A stretch of 64,000 bases of DNA, taken from assembly GCA_951406725.2 (NCBI GenBank), contig OX597817.1, positions 101,990,001-102,054,000 of the forward strand, read 5' to 3'. A program made the position numbers and the translations under genes. This document shows, piece after piece, positions 1-13,410 of this stretch (position 1 is the stretch's first letter; every line of letters starts with the position of its first letter). The stretch is from Octopus vulgaris (taxonomy: Eukaryota). Under the pieces are notes generated by a model. The model did not search any database, was not told the DNA's origin, and saw nothing but the letters and a program-made list of their open reading frames with translations.

Positions 1-3000
1 CTCAGTTTTAGACGCAGCAAATGGTAGCTGTCTACGCTTCTAACAAGTGTGGGCAGTCAGGGTTTTTCGAGACCTGGAGCACTTTCTAGTGGCGTCTTAA
101 AAGGTAGTGCTGTTAGGAGACTTTAACACTATCCTCGATGCACGGGTGGATGGTGTTGGCTCGACTGATAGGGAGGGAAATCCTGGCCTCAAGGGTCTAC
201 TAGAGAGCTATAATCTAGTAGACTGTTACAGACTGGATGAACCGAGCGTTCCACTGTGGACGTGAAGTAATAACGACGGCTCACGCAGATCTTGCATAGG
301 GTATTCGTTAAAGATAGAGATAAGGATACTTTTAGTTGTCCACAATTTGGTATTTTACCTTACACGGATCACAAATTTGTGACGTGTGAGGTACACAGAT
401 AAATGTCATATACAGGGACCTTGATACTAGAAGATAAGCAAGTCTATTTTGACTTGTAAAGCCTTCCGTGTCCGGATTAAGGAGTTAGTACAGAGGGCAC
501 TATGTGGCCCCTTCATTAATAATATATGGTGGCATGCCCTCAAGAGAACCATTCGTTTAGAGTCTATTAGATTTAGCAATCAGTTAAGTTTAGATAGATC
601 TAGAATAGAGGGTGACTTAGTTAAGAACTTAGACGAGGCCTTGGAATCTGGCTCTGCATCTAGAATGCTGGCGGCGAGAACGGTCTTGTACCGTCGCCTC
701 AACGCCAAGCACGAAGGCTGCAGAGTTAGAGCTAAGCTACGTGCAGTGGGACGATAATGTATTAACGTTGCCGGATGTGCACGTCGTGTGGAGAGTCAGA
801 GGGGCAAAAAGCCTCGATAAAGTCTTTAGCAGATGACCAAGACGCAAGATCTATGGACAGGATGAGATGCAGAAGGCCTTTCACTAGCATTTCGCATGGT
901 TGTTCGGGCAGGGCGACACGCTAGAGTGTGGGGAATCCTTAAATGACTTCCTCACCGGTGGGCCGCGACTCTCGGCACGGGAGACGAGGTGCTGTGAAGG
1001 GCCTATTACAGCTGCGGAGGTTAAAGAGGCGTTGGCCGAGTGCGCTGGGGAAAAGTCACCGGGGCTGGATGGTCTACCCTATGAGTTTTATCGTAGCATG
1101 CCGGACTTGTTCGGGGACATACTGGCCAGCGTCTACACAAACTGGCAACAGAATGGGAGGATTCCCGGCTCTGTGAGTCGGGGAGTGGTGACGCTGATCC
1201 AGAAGGACCCGAGCAAGGGGGATATTATAAGTAATTACAGGCCCATAACTCTACTCAATGTAGAGTTAAAGATTTTGGCCAAGGTGTTAGCTAAAAGGTT
1301 AACGCGTGTCGTGGAAAAACTTGTAGGAAGGGCGCAGACATGCACCATCCCAGGCAGGTCGACGCAGGAAATCGTTCACCTTATTCGTTACACCTTAGAC
1401 GGGTTGGGTAAATTAACCGGCAAATGTGGGGCACTGGTTCATTTAGACCAAAGTAAAGCGTTTGGTAGGGTAGACCACCAGTATCTAGCGGCGATCCTCG
1501 AACCGGCTGGGCTGGGCCCTGACTTCCGTGGCTGGGTCTCCACCATGTACAGCGGCATCAAATCCACAGTCCAGATAAACGGCTACCTGTCGGAGCCGTT
1601 TTCAATCAAGCGTTCAGTTCTTCAAGGGTGTTCCCTTCTCCGCTTTTGTACATGTTGGCTCTTGAGCCGTTACTGCGGAAGCTGGAGAATTTTTTGGGGG
1701 GAAGGCGCCTCCAATGAAATCGGTTACAGTAAGTCGGTCTCTGCTTACACGGATGACGTCACCATCATCATGTCAAATGAGGCTCAGCTACCTCGTGTAG
1801 AGGAGGCTATCAGAGGATACGAGGCTGTGGTAGGATCAAAAGTTAACATGGACAAGTCTACCGGCTTGCGCCTCGGCACCTGGAGGAGCAAGTCGATATC
1901 GTCCAGTGTTGTGGATCACTGGACAGATGGTCCTGTTAAGTTGTTAGGAGTTTGGTTTGGACCAGACACCCAGACGGAGAAGAATTGGAGCGAGGTGGCA
2001 GACAAGGTGGAAGCCCTAGTACGAACTTGGTCCAAGAGGGCTCTGTCCTTGAAAGGAAGGGTGGAGGTGGTACAGGTGTTTATTGCATATGTCCTCACCT
2101 ACCGCCTGACCGTTGTCCCTTGCCCCGATTCGTGGCTTAACAAGTTGGAGCGCCTACTTTTCCGCTTGTTGTGGAAAGGAGGAAAGCCACTTGTGAGGCG
2201 CTCCGTTTGCTGCCAGGAAAGAGAAGGTTAGGGATACCCTGGCTAATGATGCGCAGGCATGCGCTGAGGTTGAGGCATCTCTGGCGCTACCTGGAGGGTG
2301 ATAAGGTGTGGAATCCGCTGGCAGAGGAATTCTTTCGCGACCAGCCACCTTGGAGTGTTTTAAACCAGGTTTCATTAAAATATGTAATCTGACTGAATGG
2401 CAAAAGGAGTATCGACAGGGACTGGTGCTGATCCACAAGACGAGCGCGGCCGGCAGTGGGAATACCACCTTGGTTTTGTATAGAGGGCTGGTAGAGTATA
2501 AAAACGATAACGCCCTAGGAGGGGCTCTGGGGTCCGATGAGAACCAACTTACCAACCTGTTCAAAAAAACTTTCGGGTCAGGGTATTTGGAGAATAACCA
2601 AAAATCCCTGACCTGGCAGTGTTATAAGAATGCTTTACCTGTTCGAGATGAGTTATCCAGGCACAGAATATCGGTGCCAACGACATGTCCAAGATGTGGG
2701 CTGGACGGCAAAAACGTCCAGCACGCTTTTGTACACTGTCGAGAGCTGTCAGGCTTGATAATTTACGTCGAACACGTATTGTTGCATCTGGAAAAAGTTC
2801 AGCTATCGGCTGAATCTATAATAAAAATTGTACCGCCAACTAGACTCTCGAAATAAGGTGAGGCCTGTTTTTCCTGTACAGTTGCGGTGCTGAAAGAATG
2901 TGTGTGGAAGACTAGGATGCAAGGATTCGCGACGGGGTCCTTCATCTCTGGCCTTGGTTTGCTACAATACTTCAGATATCCTCTGAAGAGCAAGATAGGG

Positions 3001-3304
3001 CTGGACAGAAGGACCCTGTCGAGAAGTGTGTTTGAGGAAAGATAGAAAGCTGTGTTCAGAAAGGTGGGTGCAAAGGACCCTGCTTAATCGGCATAGGAAA
3101 AAAGGAGAAAATAAAAGGAAGGAGATAGCCGCTGGGCCTTTGAGGCAACAGGGCATATCCTTTACTCATAAGAAAAAGACTATTTATTTTATATCATCAA
3201 TATTTTTAAATAATAGGTATCATTCGAACGCATCATAACATTTTTTGTGTGTGTTGTCCCGTGCTGTCCCATCTATGTGTTGACCTTTATGGTTGTAAAA
3301 AAAA
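1..3304 (+). mobile_element. Decayed Tx1/L1-clade non-LTR retrotransposon (ORF2: endonuclease remnant, RT, C-terminal zinc finger), 5' end cut off by the window edge
   Basis: ORF 900-2231 has LINE RT motifs KSPGLDGLP, NYRPITLLN.E.KILAK, LDQSKAF..VDH, QGC and YTDD. ORF 2308-2856 has CPRC...H...C (zf-RVT type). Endonuclease remnants (LLGDFN..LD) lie at about 110-140. There are many stops and frameshifts, and a short A tail at 3296-3304. Confidence 0.88.
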
Positions 3305-3327
3305 TTCAGCTAGCAAGCCAAGCTACT

Positions 3328-3367
3328 CCAGACTAATGAAGAGCAATAACTCTGAAACTAGTCTCTG
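3328..3367 (+). ncRNA. Minimal type I hammerhead ribozyme motif with a G5A core mutation (PLE-type, probably inactive)
   Basis: CAGA-CTAATGA-AGAG caataa CTCT-GAAA-C ta G-TC-TCTG. Stems I and II pair, stem III is the palindrome ACTAGT, and the site is GUC. The core reads CUAAUGA instead of CUGAUGA. Confidence 0.6.
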
Positions 3368-3649
3368 AATACTGGCTTTGTTGGGTGGAGGTGCTTATCT
3401 CCCCTGTTTGAAAACTTAAGGACATATAACGCTTGTGTTTGAAAACTTAAGGGAGATAGAACGCTTGTGTCACATAGCCAACTGGAAACGGTGTTTCCTG
3501 GGGCTAAATAGCAGTAGCATTCTTCTCTTTCCTGGGACTGCCATATTAAGTTGGCAACAAAACCCATTACTTTATTATGCTGCTACTGTCTTCAAAAGAC
3601 TCTTTCTTAGAAAATGTAATTTCATTAATACACTATAGTCTTTCTTAAG

Positions 3650-4938
3650 AAAATCCCTACCGTTATGTTAAATAAAATTCAGTTTAGATAACTGAATTGA
3701 TTAGATCAATCTGTTACATTTATAACGTTATGAAAAAATTCGTGAGAGGATATATTCTGTATAAGCGAATTTGTCTTTAAACACCGTTTTTCCATTTATT
3801 CTCTACTGCTATCGATTATCATCCTCGGCGTGGGAGGTATGTCAGCACGTCTTGGAACTCAGCTTTCTTAACACGGGTTGGTATATATAAATTTATTAAA
3901 CACAATTCATGTATACTGGGGTGCATTCTGAGATGTCTGCTCTCTAGAATGAAAGCTAGCTAGCTAATAATTATTTATAATCATCTCGATTTTCAAAAAT
4001 ACTAGATGTTTTCAGTGAGTTCCTGAATTGATATTTTTAATCTAATATATTTCGATGATTGATTTTTTTTCAAACTTTTTGAGAGATTATTGGTACTCGA
4101 CGGACATTGGAATTGTAATCTGCATTCGTTTTGATAACTACGAAACTAAATTTACATTAACTATAATTTGTAATGGCATTGTTTATAAATATACATTCCA
4201 CCCCACTATAACTCGTAAAGGCATTGTTTATATTCTTAATAGTTTACGATTTACTGATAATTTTTATATTATTTTAGTACTGATAAACTTTAATTATAGT
4301 CTATTGATAAGAGCAAAATATCTCAACAATCTGGAATCAATATTTTGCTGATATTACATACACATATGTATGTGTCTGTGTGTATGTATGCATGTATGTA
4401 CGTACGTACGTACGTATGTATGTATAATACATACAGGTTGTTAAATAGCTATCCAGTAGGTCGCTTTTGTACATATTTACAGAAATCACGGGTCTCACGT
4501 AAATATGGAACGATCTGACCTCGGCTACGCCACTAAAAACATCCCACGCCATCCAACGAACTGTACACCTACTGTATATATATTTAATTAAAAATTAATC
4601 TTCGTGAAAAAAAAAAATGATCTTAAATTATTAATGCCAAGACGCATGGAAATCCAACATTTTATAAATATTCTTCTATTTTGATGCATAAATTTAAAGG
4701 CCTTCCTCATATTGTTTCATTGTGTTAAATTTCAATATTTTCGATTTGGTTCTATAGTTACAGTAATAGAAAACGTAACACTTGAATGCATGTCTATGTG
4801 ACAATAAGGCTCGTGCAATGATGGTAATAAGTCCAATTTCAAACCGCTCCGTTTCAAACTAGTCATCATATGTTTTAGTAATCAGGGCTAAATACGCATG
4901 ATTTATGTCTGTTTTATGTGTATATAAATGTGGTAAGT
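3650..4938 (+). promoter_or_regulatory. Candidate promoter / non-coding first exon region of the ZDHHC4-like gene
   Basis: Non-repetitive sequence that retains CpGs, unlike the CpG-depleted DNA downstream. Donor-like sites are TG|GTAAGT at 4932/4933 and AG|GTATGT near 3836. The first coding exon at 23518 is preceded by an acceptor, so an upstream exon should exist. No direct proof. Confidence 0.3.
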
Positions 4939-5045
4939 AAAAGAATTGAGTAAAATCTTAGAAGGATTTATAAAAAATACTTTTCTTTTTTATGCCACTA
5001 TGGGAAATTGATGCTAAATGATGATGATGGTGATCTATATGTACA

Positions 5046-5420
5046 GATGCAGGCATGCTATGTGGTAAGAAGCTTGCTTCCCAACATAGTTCCAGGTTCA
5101 TTCCCACTGCATGGCACCTTGGGCTAGTGTCTTCTACTATAACCTCAGGTCTACCAAAACCTTTGGTAGATGGAAAATGAAAGAAGTCTGTCATACATAT
5201 GTGTGTGAGTGTATGTATTTGTGTTTGTTCCCCATCACCGCTTGACAACTGGTGTTGGTGTGTTTATGGCCCTGTAACTTAGCGGTTCAGCAAAGAACAC
5301 CAATAGAATAAGTACCAGGCTTGAAAATAAAGATAGGTACTGGGGTTGATTCATTCAACTAAAAATTCAAGGCGGTGCTGCAGCATGGCCGCAGTGTAGT
5401 AAATGAAACAAGTAAAAGGT
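5046..5420 (+). mobile_element. tRNA-derived SINE, family A (about 400 bp, internal TA/TG microsatellite)
   Basis: tRNA-like head (TGTGGTAAGAAGCTTGCTT...GGTTCATTCCCAC), body shared with many copies in the window, and tail CAGCATGGCCGCAG...GAAACAAGTAAAAG. Confidence 0.85.
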
Positions 5421-5751
5421 AGATATACATATATATATGTGTATATGGTGGGCTCTCTCATCAAAGACAATGTATGAGTGTGTCCAGCTTTTGCTGAGTG
5501 ACCTGCACAAATGATTTGTTTATAGTGATCCAATGCATGTGCTGTACATTAGCTCACTCCCTCCATCAACTCAACATTGCCTGAACAAGTGTTAGTTGTT
5601 GAAGTGATCACAGAGCAATGTGAGATGAAGTGTTTTCTTAAGAATACAACAAAATACCTGGTGTAGGAATTGAAACCATGATCTCACAATTGTCAGTGCA
5701 ACATCCTAACCATTAGGCCATGTGTCCTCACAGATATATATATATATATAT

Positions 5752-6050
5752 ATCATCATCATCATCATCATTTAACGTCTGCTTTCCATGTTGGCATGGG
5801 TTGGATGGTTTGACAAGAGTTGGCAAGGCAGAAGTCTGTTTTGGCATGGTTTTTATGGCTGGATGCCCTTCCTAACATCAACTGCCCTGCAAAGTGGACT
5901 GAGAGTTTTTTTATGTGGCACTAGCACAGGCAAGGTCAGTTTTGGCATAGTTTTTACAGTTGAATGCTCTTCTAAACACCAACTACTTTACAGTGTAATT
6001 TGGATGCTTTTTACATGACACTTGCACTGGCAGGGTTACCAAGTAACTTG
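5752..6050 (-). mobile_element. RTE LINE 3'-end fragment with (ATG)n tail
   Basis: The reverse complement matches 19080-19256 (GTTAGGAAGGGCATCCAG ... CAACCCATGC...GACGTTAAATGATGATG). Further short copies at about 8230-8340, 23038-23180, 40135-40180 and 59085-59145. Confidence 0.75.
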
Positions 6051-6559
6051 CAAAACAAAGATCTCTTGAGAGAGTAAGAGGCATTGGAGGAGGTGACTTG
6101 TGCCAGGTGGTGAAAGGATAGTGTGCCAGAAAGACAGAAACAAGTGTGTTGCTGTAGAGGATATACATAGTTACCCAGTCAGTGAGAGGGAGAGAGAGAG
6201 AGAGTGCAAGAGAGCAGGAGAGAGATAGTGGCAAAGTGCCAGGGCATACATACCCTCAAGGTATGGGGTTCAGAATATAAATGGTAGGGTATTGTCAAAA
6301 GTGCATGAGTAGGGCATAGAGACTTCACATGAATGCAAAGAGTGTGGGGATGATGAATACAGTGACTAGTGAAACCTTGGTATATAAATGTGGTGGAAGA
6401 CAACAGGATAGCAATGATATAGTGAGCAGGGTATTGAGGATAGAATCGGGGAGCAAGAGAGATTAGCAGAAACATAGTGCATGAAAAAGAGGAAATGTGA
6501 GGAAGAGGAGAGATATAGTTTGGCTTGTTGGGGTAGGGCATGTAAAAAGTTTTATTGTT

Positions 6560-7375
6560 ACATGTGGGTGGAAGACACAGTGCTTCTAGAACTCAGTTTC
6601 ATTGAAGTGAGCTGGTCTTCTCAAGAATCTCATATCACCAGGCATCTCAGTTCTTTGTGAGGCCCGACAATCTGAGATCAGTCCTCACTATTTCTTCCCA
6701 TGTCTTCCTGGATCTTCCTCTTCCATAAGTGTCATCCACTTTCAGTGAGTGGTACTTCTTTATGCAGCTATCTTCATTCAGGCACATCACATGGCCAAGC
6801 CAATGTAGTCTTCTCTCTTGCATGCTTCATTTAATCCCTCTTATACCCAACTTTTCTCTCGACACTTTGTCATAAATGCACACTGATGTTGCACATCCAG
6901 TGGAGCATACTACTTTCATTCCTCTCTAGTCTATGCATGTCTTCTGCATTCAGAGCCTATGTCTCACTACCATAGAGTATAGCCATTCATACACAAGAAT
7001 CATATAGTCTACCTTTCACTCTGGGAGAGAGTCTTTTCATTGCCACCAGAGGTAATAGCTCTCAACTTCCTCCATCCTATTCTTATTCTAGAAACAATAC
7101 TTTCAGAACATCCTCTACCATTGCTTGTACAGCTCTAACAAGCTACTTCTCTACTCCTAACTTCCTTAGAGACCACCAGATAACAGAGCGAGGGACTTTC
7201 TCCAGGTCGACAAAAGCCAAGTACAATTGTTTACTTTTGGCCAAAAACTTTTCCTGCAGCTGTCTCATTAGGAAGATGGCATCTGTGGTACACTTCCCAG
7301 GTACAAAACCAAACTGCATTTCGTCTAGTTTAACTCTACTCTTAATTAATTGAGCTATAATGCTTTCTGAAACTT
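6560..7375 (-). mobile_element. Degraded, internally deleted RTE LINE (same family as 16600-19256)
   Basis: The - strand translation gives LDEMQFGFVPGKCTTDAIFLMRQLQEKFLAK..LYLAFVDLEK. C-terminal RTE remnants lie at 6650-7100. Confidence 0.85.
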
Positions 7376-7404
7376 TCACACACACACGCACGCGCGCGCA
7401 CACA

Positions 7405-7466
<62 letters not shown>

Positions 7467-9329
7467 TGTATGTTAAAGATTATATAAATGTAGTTAAAAT
7501 TTAAAATAAACTAACAAATTAAAACTTTCTTTACTGGTTAAAGTTCATACATTTGGAATAAGAGTGGACTAAGAACTGAGCTCTGGTGAACCTAACAAAG
7601 GTATTCCTTTGTTGAATACATCCATTACATTTTTTCTTTTTTTTTTCAGTGGGGGCAGATAGTTGTTTTTTCTCTTCCTCCTTTTCATTGTTACTCACAC
7701 ATGGTATCATTATAGCCACTTTTCTATGCTTACATGGGTCAAAAGAAATTGGTCGAGGAAGGTATATTTTTCAGATTTCTTTCTGTTACCAACCCTCACC
7801 TATTTCCAAACAAGGTAATATTTTCCTTAGTCCTTTGGACACAAGCAGTTTAGTGGCCAGATATGTTTTCACAAGTGATTGCAAATGAAAAACAATGCTT
7901 GTATGATGTTCAAAACTACCTTGTCTTGACATTATGCAATGTGAAAATGAAGGGGGACTAGTAGACACACCCTCATATTTTCCATTCTTTCAGTTTCCAT
8001 CAACCTAATCCATTCATAAAGCTTAGTTTAGCCTGAGACTGTAGTAAAAAGCACTTACTCAGGGTGCCATGAAATGGGACTGAACCTGAAACTATGTCTT
8101 TGTGAGAGAACTTCTTAACCACAGCCTTGCTTATATCTATACACTTGCTCACGGTGGCATGCAAGTGCATAACTGCTACTGTAGTACTGTAGGCAGTATG
8201 TTAATCTAATTTTATATATATATAAAATATCATCCTTTAATGTACACTTTTTCATGCTTGCATGGGTCAGACAAAATTTATTCGAGGCAAATTTTCTACA
8301 GCTGGATGCCCATCCTGTCACCGACCATCACCTGTTTCCAAGTAATTTAATATTTCTCCATGGCCAGATATGTTCTTGCAGAATATTGGAAGTGAATGAC
8401 ATTACTTACATAGCAGTAATAATCATTTTAGTTATCAGCTGATATCAAGACAAACACACACTTACACATACATATATATGTATTATATATATATATATAT
8501 ATATATATGAAAGGCTTCTTTCAGTTTCTGTATACCAAATTCACTCACAGTTTTGGTTGGCCCCGGGGCTATAGTACAAGATACTTGCTGAAGGACTGAT
8601 GCAGTGGGACTGAATCTGGAACCATGTGGTTGGGAAGCAAACTTCTTATCACACAGCTTTACCTGCACTTATCTCACACAGTCACGCATATCTGGTACCT
8701 TATAGTTCTAAGTTAAAACTCTAAAATGTAAGAAACAGTTATTCTATTATTATCTTTAATAGGTAGAAGCTAAAGCAAGACAGGTATTTGGTTTATTATT
8801 GGCAATATATCAATTATTTCTAACACTAATGTTACTGCAAGTGAACATCAATAAGCTTCAAGAATGAAGTGAATGGAAGATATTTTGAAACAATTCTGTG
8901 TTCACAAAATGGATTGTAAAATGTTTAATAGTATAAACAATAGCTGGTTTATATATCCAGTTGAAATCCTCTCAATTTTGTTATTGTTTTTCTATTCATG
9001 TTTTCTTAACTTTTCTTTACACTTTATTTGTTGAATAACATAAAGGCTGACTTCATATATATGAGTACAGATGAAATTGTAGTGGCATTCTTAATGTTTG
9101 AAATGTGTTGAAGCTTAATTTCCATACTTGATGTTCAAAAGTATCAATGGTTTTGTAATCTGGTATTGGATTTTTGGGTTTCAATGCAAGATACTTGCTA
9201 CTTGGTAGACTGCTACTTACATTATTTTGCTGAACAATTATATGGAATAGAAATAGATAGACTACTAAGGTATTAACAATTTTGAGGCATTATAGTGTGT
9301 GTGTTTCTTTTTCTTTTATTTTTCTTTTG

Positions 9330-9680
9330 TTCTTTTCAGTCATTTGACTGAGGCCATGCTGGAGCACTGCCTTTAGTCAAACAAATTGACCCCAGGACTT
9401 ATTCTTTGTAAGCCTAGTACTTATTCTTCAGTCTCTTTTGCTGAACTGCTAAGTTAGAGGGACATAAACACACCAGCATTGGTTGTCAAGCGATGTTTGG
9501 AGTACAAACACAGATACACACACACACACACACACATGAAAGGATTCTTTCAGTTTCTGTCTACCAAATCCACTCACAAGGCTTTGGTTGGCCCGAGGCT
9601 AGAGTAGAAGACACTTGCTCATGGTGCCCTGCAGTGGGACTGAACCCAGACCATGTGGTTGATAAGCAAGCTACTTACCA
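9330..9680 (-). mobile_element. tRNA-derived SINE, family A
   Basis: Reverse complement of the 40215-40625 copy. Partial - strand copies also at about 7985-8130 and 8510-8668. Confidence 0.85.
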
Positions 9681-10385
9681 CGGGTTGTACATAATTTGCT
9701 AATAACTTTTTTTACTTCGTTTCTTTACTTATGTTCAGTGTATCAGTTTTGCAAATTATTGCTGGGAATTGTCTAACATGCTATTGCAGTATTTACCTAT
9801 TTAGCTACTTAAATTGTCATAACAGTCTTGTGATTTGCATTTCTATATTATTTAGGAATTTACTTTTCTTGAAAATTTATTTTAGTATTGTATGCTAGTG
9901 CTTTATAACATTGCGAATCAGGTTACCATTATTGCCACCTAATTAAAATATACATTTGTGTTACAATGGGGTTGGATATGGTATTGTCAACTAAATATAA
10001 GACTTGTTTTAATCTACTGGTTCTAGGAAAGTGAAACCTTTTTTAATTTCAGTTTTAAATAACAATACATTTTCTGCTCTTTGCCCTCTCAAATTTCCAG
10101 AATCTAATTTGTTTCTATCATTATATCATGAAGGTTGACAGTTCTTCGCAGATTTTGTAGAAAATAAAGCTGAAGATCTATTATTAATTTTATTATGAGT
10201 AATCTTACTGAATTCTTGCTCTATTAGTAGTACTTTGAAGCATGAGTCTATTTCATTTCAATATTATCTCATATCAGATTCAGTACTCATTGTCATAATT
10301 TTATGAATGTGACACTTGTTTTTTTAATTACTTTCTTTTTTACAAGTAACACTTACCAACATTATCATCATTGTCGTCGTCATTG

Positions 10386-10646
10386 TCATCATCATCATCA
10401 CCATCTTTTTTAAACAGATCTTTATCTGAAGTATTTCTAACATTTTAAAGGTGAAAATAATGGTTTATTTCTTGCTAAAACTATGGTGTGTAAGAAATTT
10501 TCTGATATTTAAATTTTTTTTTACCCTGTGACAGTTTCTTACACACCATAGTTTTAGCAAGAAATAAACCATTATTTTCACCTTTAAAATGTTAGAAATA
10601 CTTCAGATAAAGATCTGTTTAAAAAAGATGGTGATGATGATGATGA
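10386..10646. repeat. Perfect inverted duplication (112-bp arms, 37-bp spacer)
   Basis: 10386-10497 is the exact reverse complement of 10535-10646. Confidence 0.95.
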
Positions 10647-10827
10647 TCTGTAAATATGATAATAAGCATACAGTTAATCTGTGATCTGAAATTCTTGGAA
10701 CTAGAAGTATTTCAAATTTCAGAATAATTGTTTATTTTTTTCAATAAGATTTGACAGCTTAAGAGATGGGAACCACCCAATTTTAAGCATGTTCCCTATT
10801 GACATTTCTTACTACAGCTCATACATA

Positions 10828-11024
10828 CCATATTTCAACATGTATAAGGAACCCTTTTTTGTCAAAAATTAGGTTAAAAAATATGGGAGTTTCTTATACA
10901 TGGATATAATCCATTACAAAACATTTTTTTCCAAATTACAAAACATTTTTCAAATTACAAAACATTTTTTTCCAAATTTAAGCCCCCCAAATTAGTGTTT
11001 TTTTTCATACACATTAAAATATGG
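10828..11024. mobile_element. Small Tc1/pogo-type MITE, probably nested in an older MITE (about 10670-11340)
   Basis: TA|CCATATTT...ATGTATAAG ... CATACACATTAAAATATGG|TA gives imperfect TIRs with a TA TSD. Three internal copies of ATTACAAAACATTTTT. Confidence 0.55.
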
Positions 11025-12390
11025 TATGTTATGAAAATAGAATTATATTAATCTGGCACTATTTAGTTTCACATGACATATAGTGGCTTTATTTTGGGAC
11101 TGTTTCACTTTTCACCAATGCAAATCTACTTTTACTCTTTCATTTCAGCTTGTTAACCACATAAAGCAGCTGTATATCACTTTTCCTTTCCCATTTTATA
11201 TTCACATAATATCCACAACGTTTTGGAAACTTTTCTGAGTGCTTTAGGAAATTTTTCATTCCTCTTGATTCCCTCACTTGAAAATGTTTAGGTTTTGAAA
11301 GTTTTTGGATTTCAGAATTTCTGATACACAATTATCAACAAAATTAATAATGTTCTTGATATTCCATTTTCATTTGAGTTGTACAACTTTCCAAAACTTT
11401 CCAAATTTCTTCACTTTTTCTACTCATGATAAACTATAGTTTGTGATTTTTTTCATTGCTTCTATTACTATTCCTTTTTTTATATTAAGAGTATAACTGC
11501 TTAAATTTATAGAGTAACAGATAATCTGCAGAACCATTGTGTATAACATAGTGTTCTGCAACTACTGCAGGTGTGGATTATCTACAATATTTCAGTCTCT
11601 TGGACTGTAAAAGAGTATCTACAATTGGTTGGTAGGTAGAGAAAGATGGTTGTAGAAGAAATTCTTGGAACTGTGTGTGATGTGCCTAATTTCGAGGGGA
11701 GTATTAGTGAATCTTATGGAAATGGTGTATGCTACATGTGTGAGAAGTGCTATGATTCATAGGTATGAGTCATGGGAAACAAACATGAAATATCAGAGAA
11801 AGCTGGAAAGAATAGAAATGAGAATGGTTTGGTGAATCAACAGAAGATTAGTGAGTAAAGAAGACAAGCAATGAATCAGAGAGAATAAATGGAATAGAGC
11901 CCCTGATGGATGTTTTGGGAAATGTCATATGATGAAGAATTTATTTTGAATGCAGTCTAGAATTGATTAGAGAGAGAGAGAGAGAGAGCTGGATACAATT
12001 ATATTAAAATGAAGGCTAAAAGATGAAAGAAATGGCAAAAATACAGGACCGCATGAATGACCTTAGGATTGTACCTAAAAAGTCAACCTCTGTGGCACAA
12101 GTCCGGACAAAGTTGTTTATAGAAGACCAGCAGTCACCCATCCATGCCAGCCTCCCCTCTTCATGCCACCACTGTTATTCAGGAGAAAGGCAAAAGTCGA
12201 TACAGCTTGGCACCAGTGATATTGCGACTCATTTCTACAGCTGAGTGAACTGGAGCAACATGAAATAAAGTGCTTTGCCCAAGAACACAACACACAACCT
12301 GGTCCAAGAATCAAACTCACTACCTCATGATTGTGAGCCCGATGCTCTAACAACTGAGTCATGCATCTTCACACAGGAGAATATTGATTA

Positions 12391-12471
12391 TAGGCGCAGG
12401 CGTGGCTGTGTGGTAAGTAGCTTGCTTACTTGATAGTAGATTTGGTAGATGGAAACTGAAAGAAGCCCATC

Positions 12472-12519
<48 letters not shown>

Positions 12520-12720
12520 ATGTTTGTGTGTCTGTGTTTGTCCCCCCACCATCAATTGACAACCGATGCTGGTGTGTTTAAGTCAGCAGTTCGGCAAAGA
12601 GACCGATAGAATAAGTACTAGGCTTACAAAAAATAAGTTCTGGGGTTGATTTGTTTGACTAAAGGCGGTACTTTAGCATGGCCGCAGTCAAATAACTGAA
12701 ACAAATAAAAGAATAAAAGG
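12391..12720 (+). mobile_element. tRNA-derived SINE, family A (internal deletion), next to a second tRNA-headed SINE on the - strand at about 12130-12375
   Basis: Head GGCGCAGGCGTGGCTGTGTGGTAAGTAGCTTGCTT, internal (TA)n(TG)n, and the conserved tail. Confidence 0.8.
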
Positions 12721-13064
12721 AAAGAATAATAAAATAGATAAAAGGAATTTCAGAAACATGAAAATAAAAAAAAATGACATAAAGCTAGGGAGGTTTCAAT
12801 TGTTTTTATGGAGTAGATATAAACTCGGTTCATCTCGATTAATTACCACATATCACAATACTGTAAAAACAAAACATTTACTGTGTTAGTTTACAATCAC
12901 AGTTTCCCATTGAAGAACTGAAGAACTTTGCTTGAAATTTTAAATTTCTAATCTGAGTAAACTAACATATTTTGTATTTTAAAATAGCTTGCTGGCCTAG
13001 CAAACCATATATTATATGTGATGTGATGTAAATACACACACACACAATTGTTATCAACATTATT

Positions 13065-13256
13065 CTTTTATTCTTTTACTTGTTTCAGTCATTTGACTGT
13101 GACCATCCTGGAGCACTGCCTTTAGTCGAACAAATTGACCCCAGGACTTATTCTTTGTAAGCCTAGGTCTCTGTTGCTGAACCACTAAGTTACGAGGACG
13201 TAAACACACCATCATTGGTTGTCAAGCAATGGTGGGGGACAAACACAGATACACAA

Positions 13257-13290
<34 letters not shown>

Positions 13291-13410
13291 CCAATGAGCT
13301 TCTCACATATATATATGATGGCCTGAAGCTATAGTAGAAGACGCTTGCCCAAGGTGCCACACAATGGGACTGAACCTGGAACCATGTGGTTGGGAAGCAA
13401 GCTTCTTACC
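13065..13410 (-). mobile_element. tRNA-derived SINE, family A
   Basis: Homologous to 9330-9680. Confidence 0.85.

Noticed and set aside
900-2231. Active reverse transcriptase gene, or a retron/DGR-type system
   Set aside because: The motifs are LINE (Tx1) type, with frameshifts and stops. No prokaryotic context.
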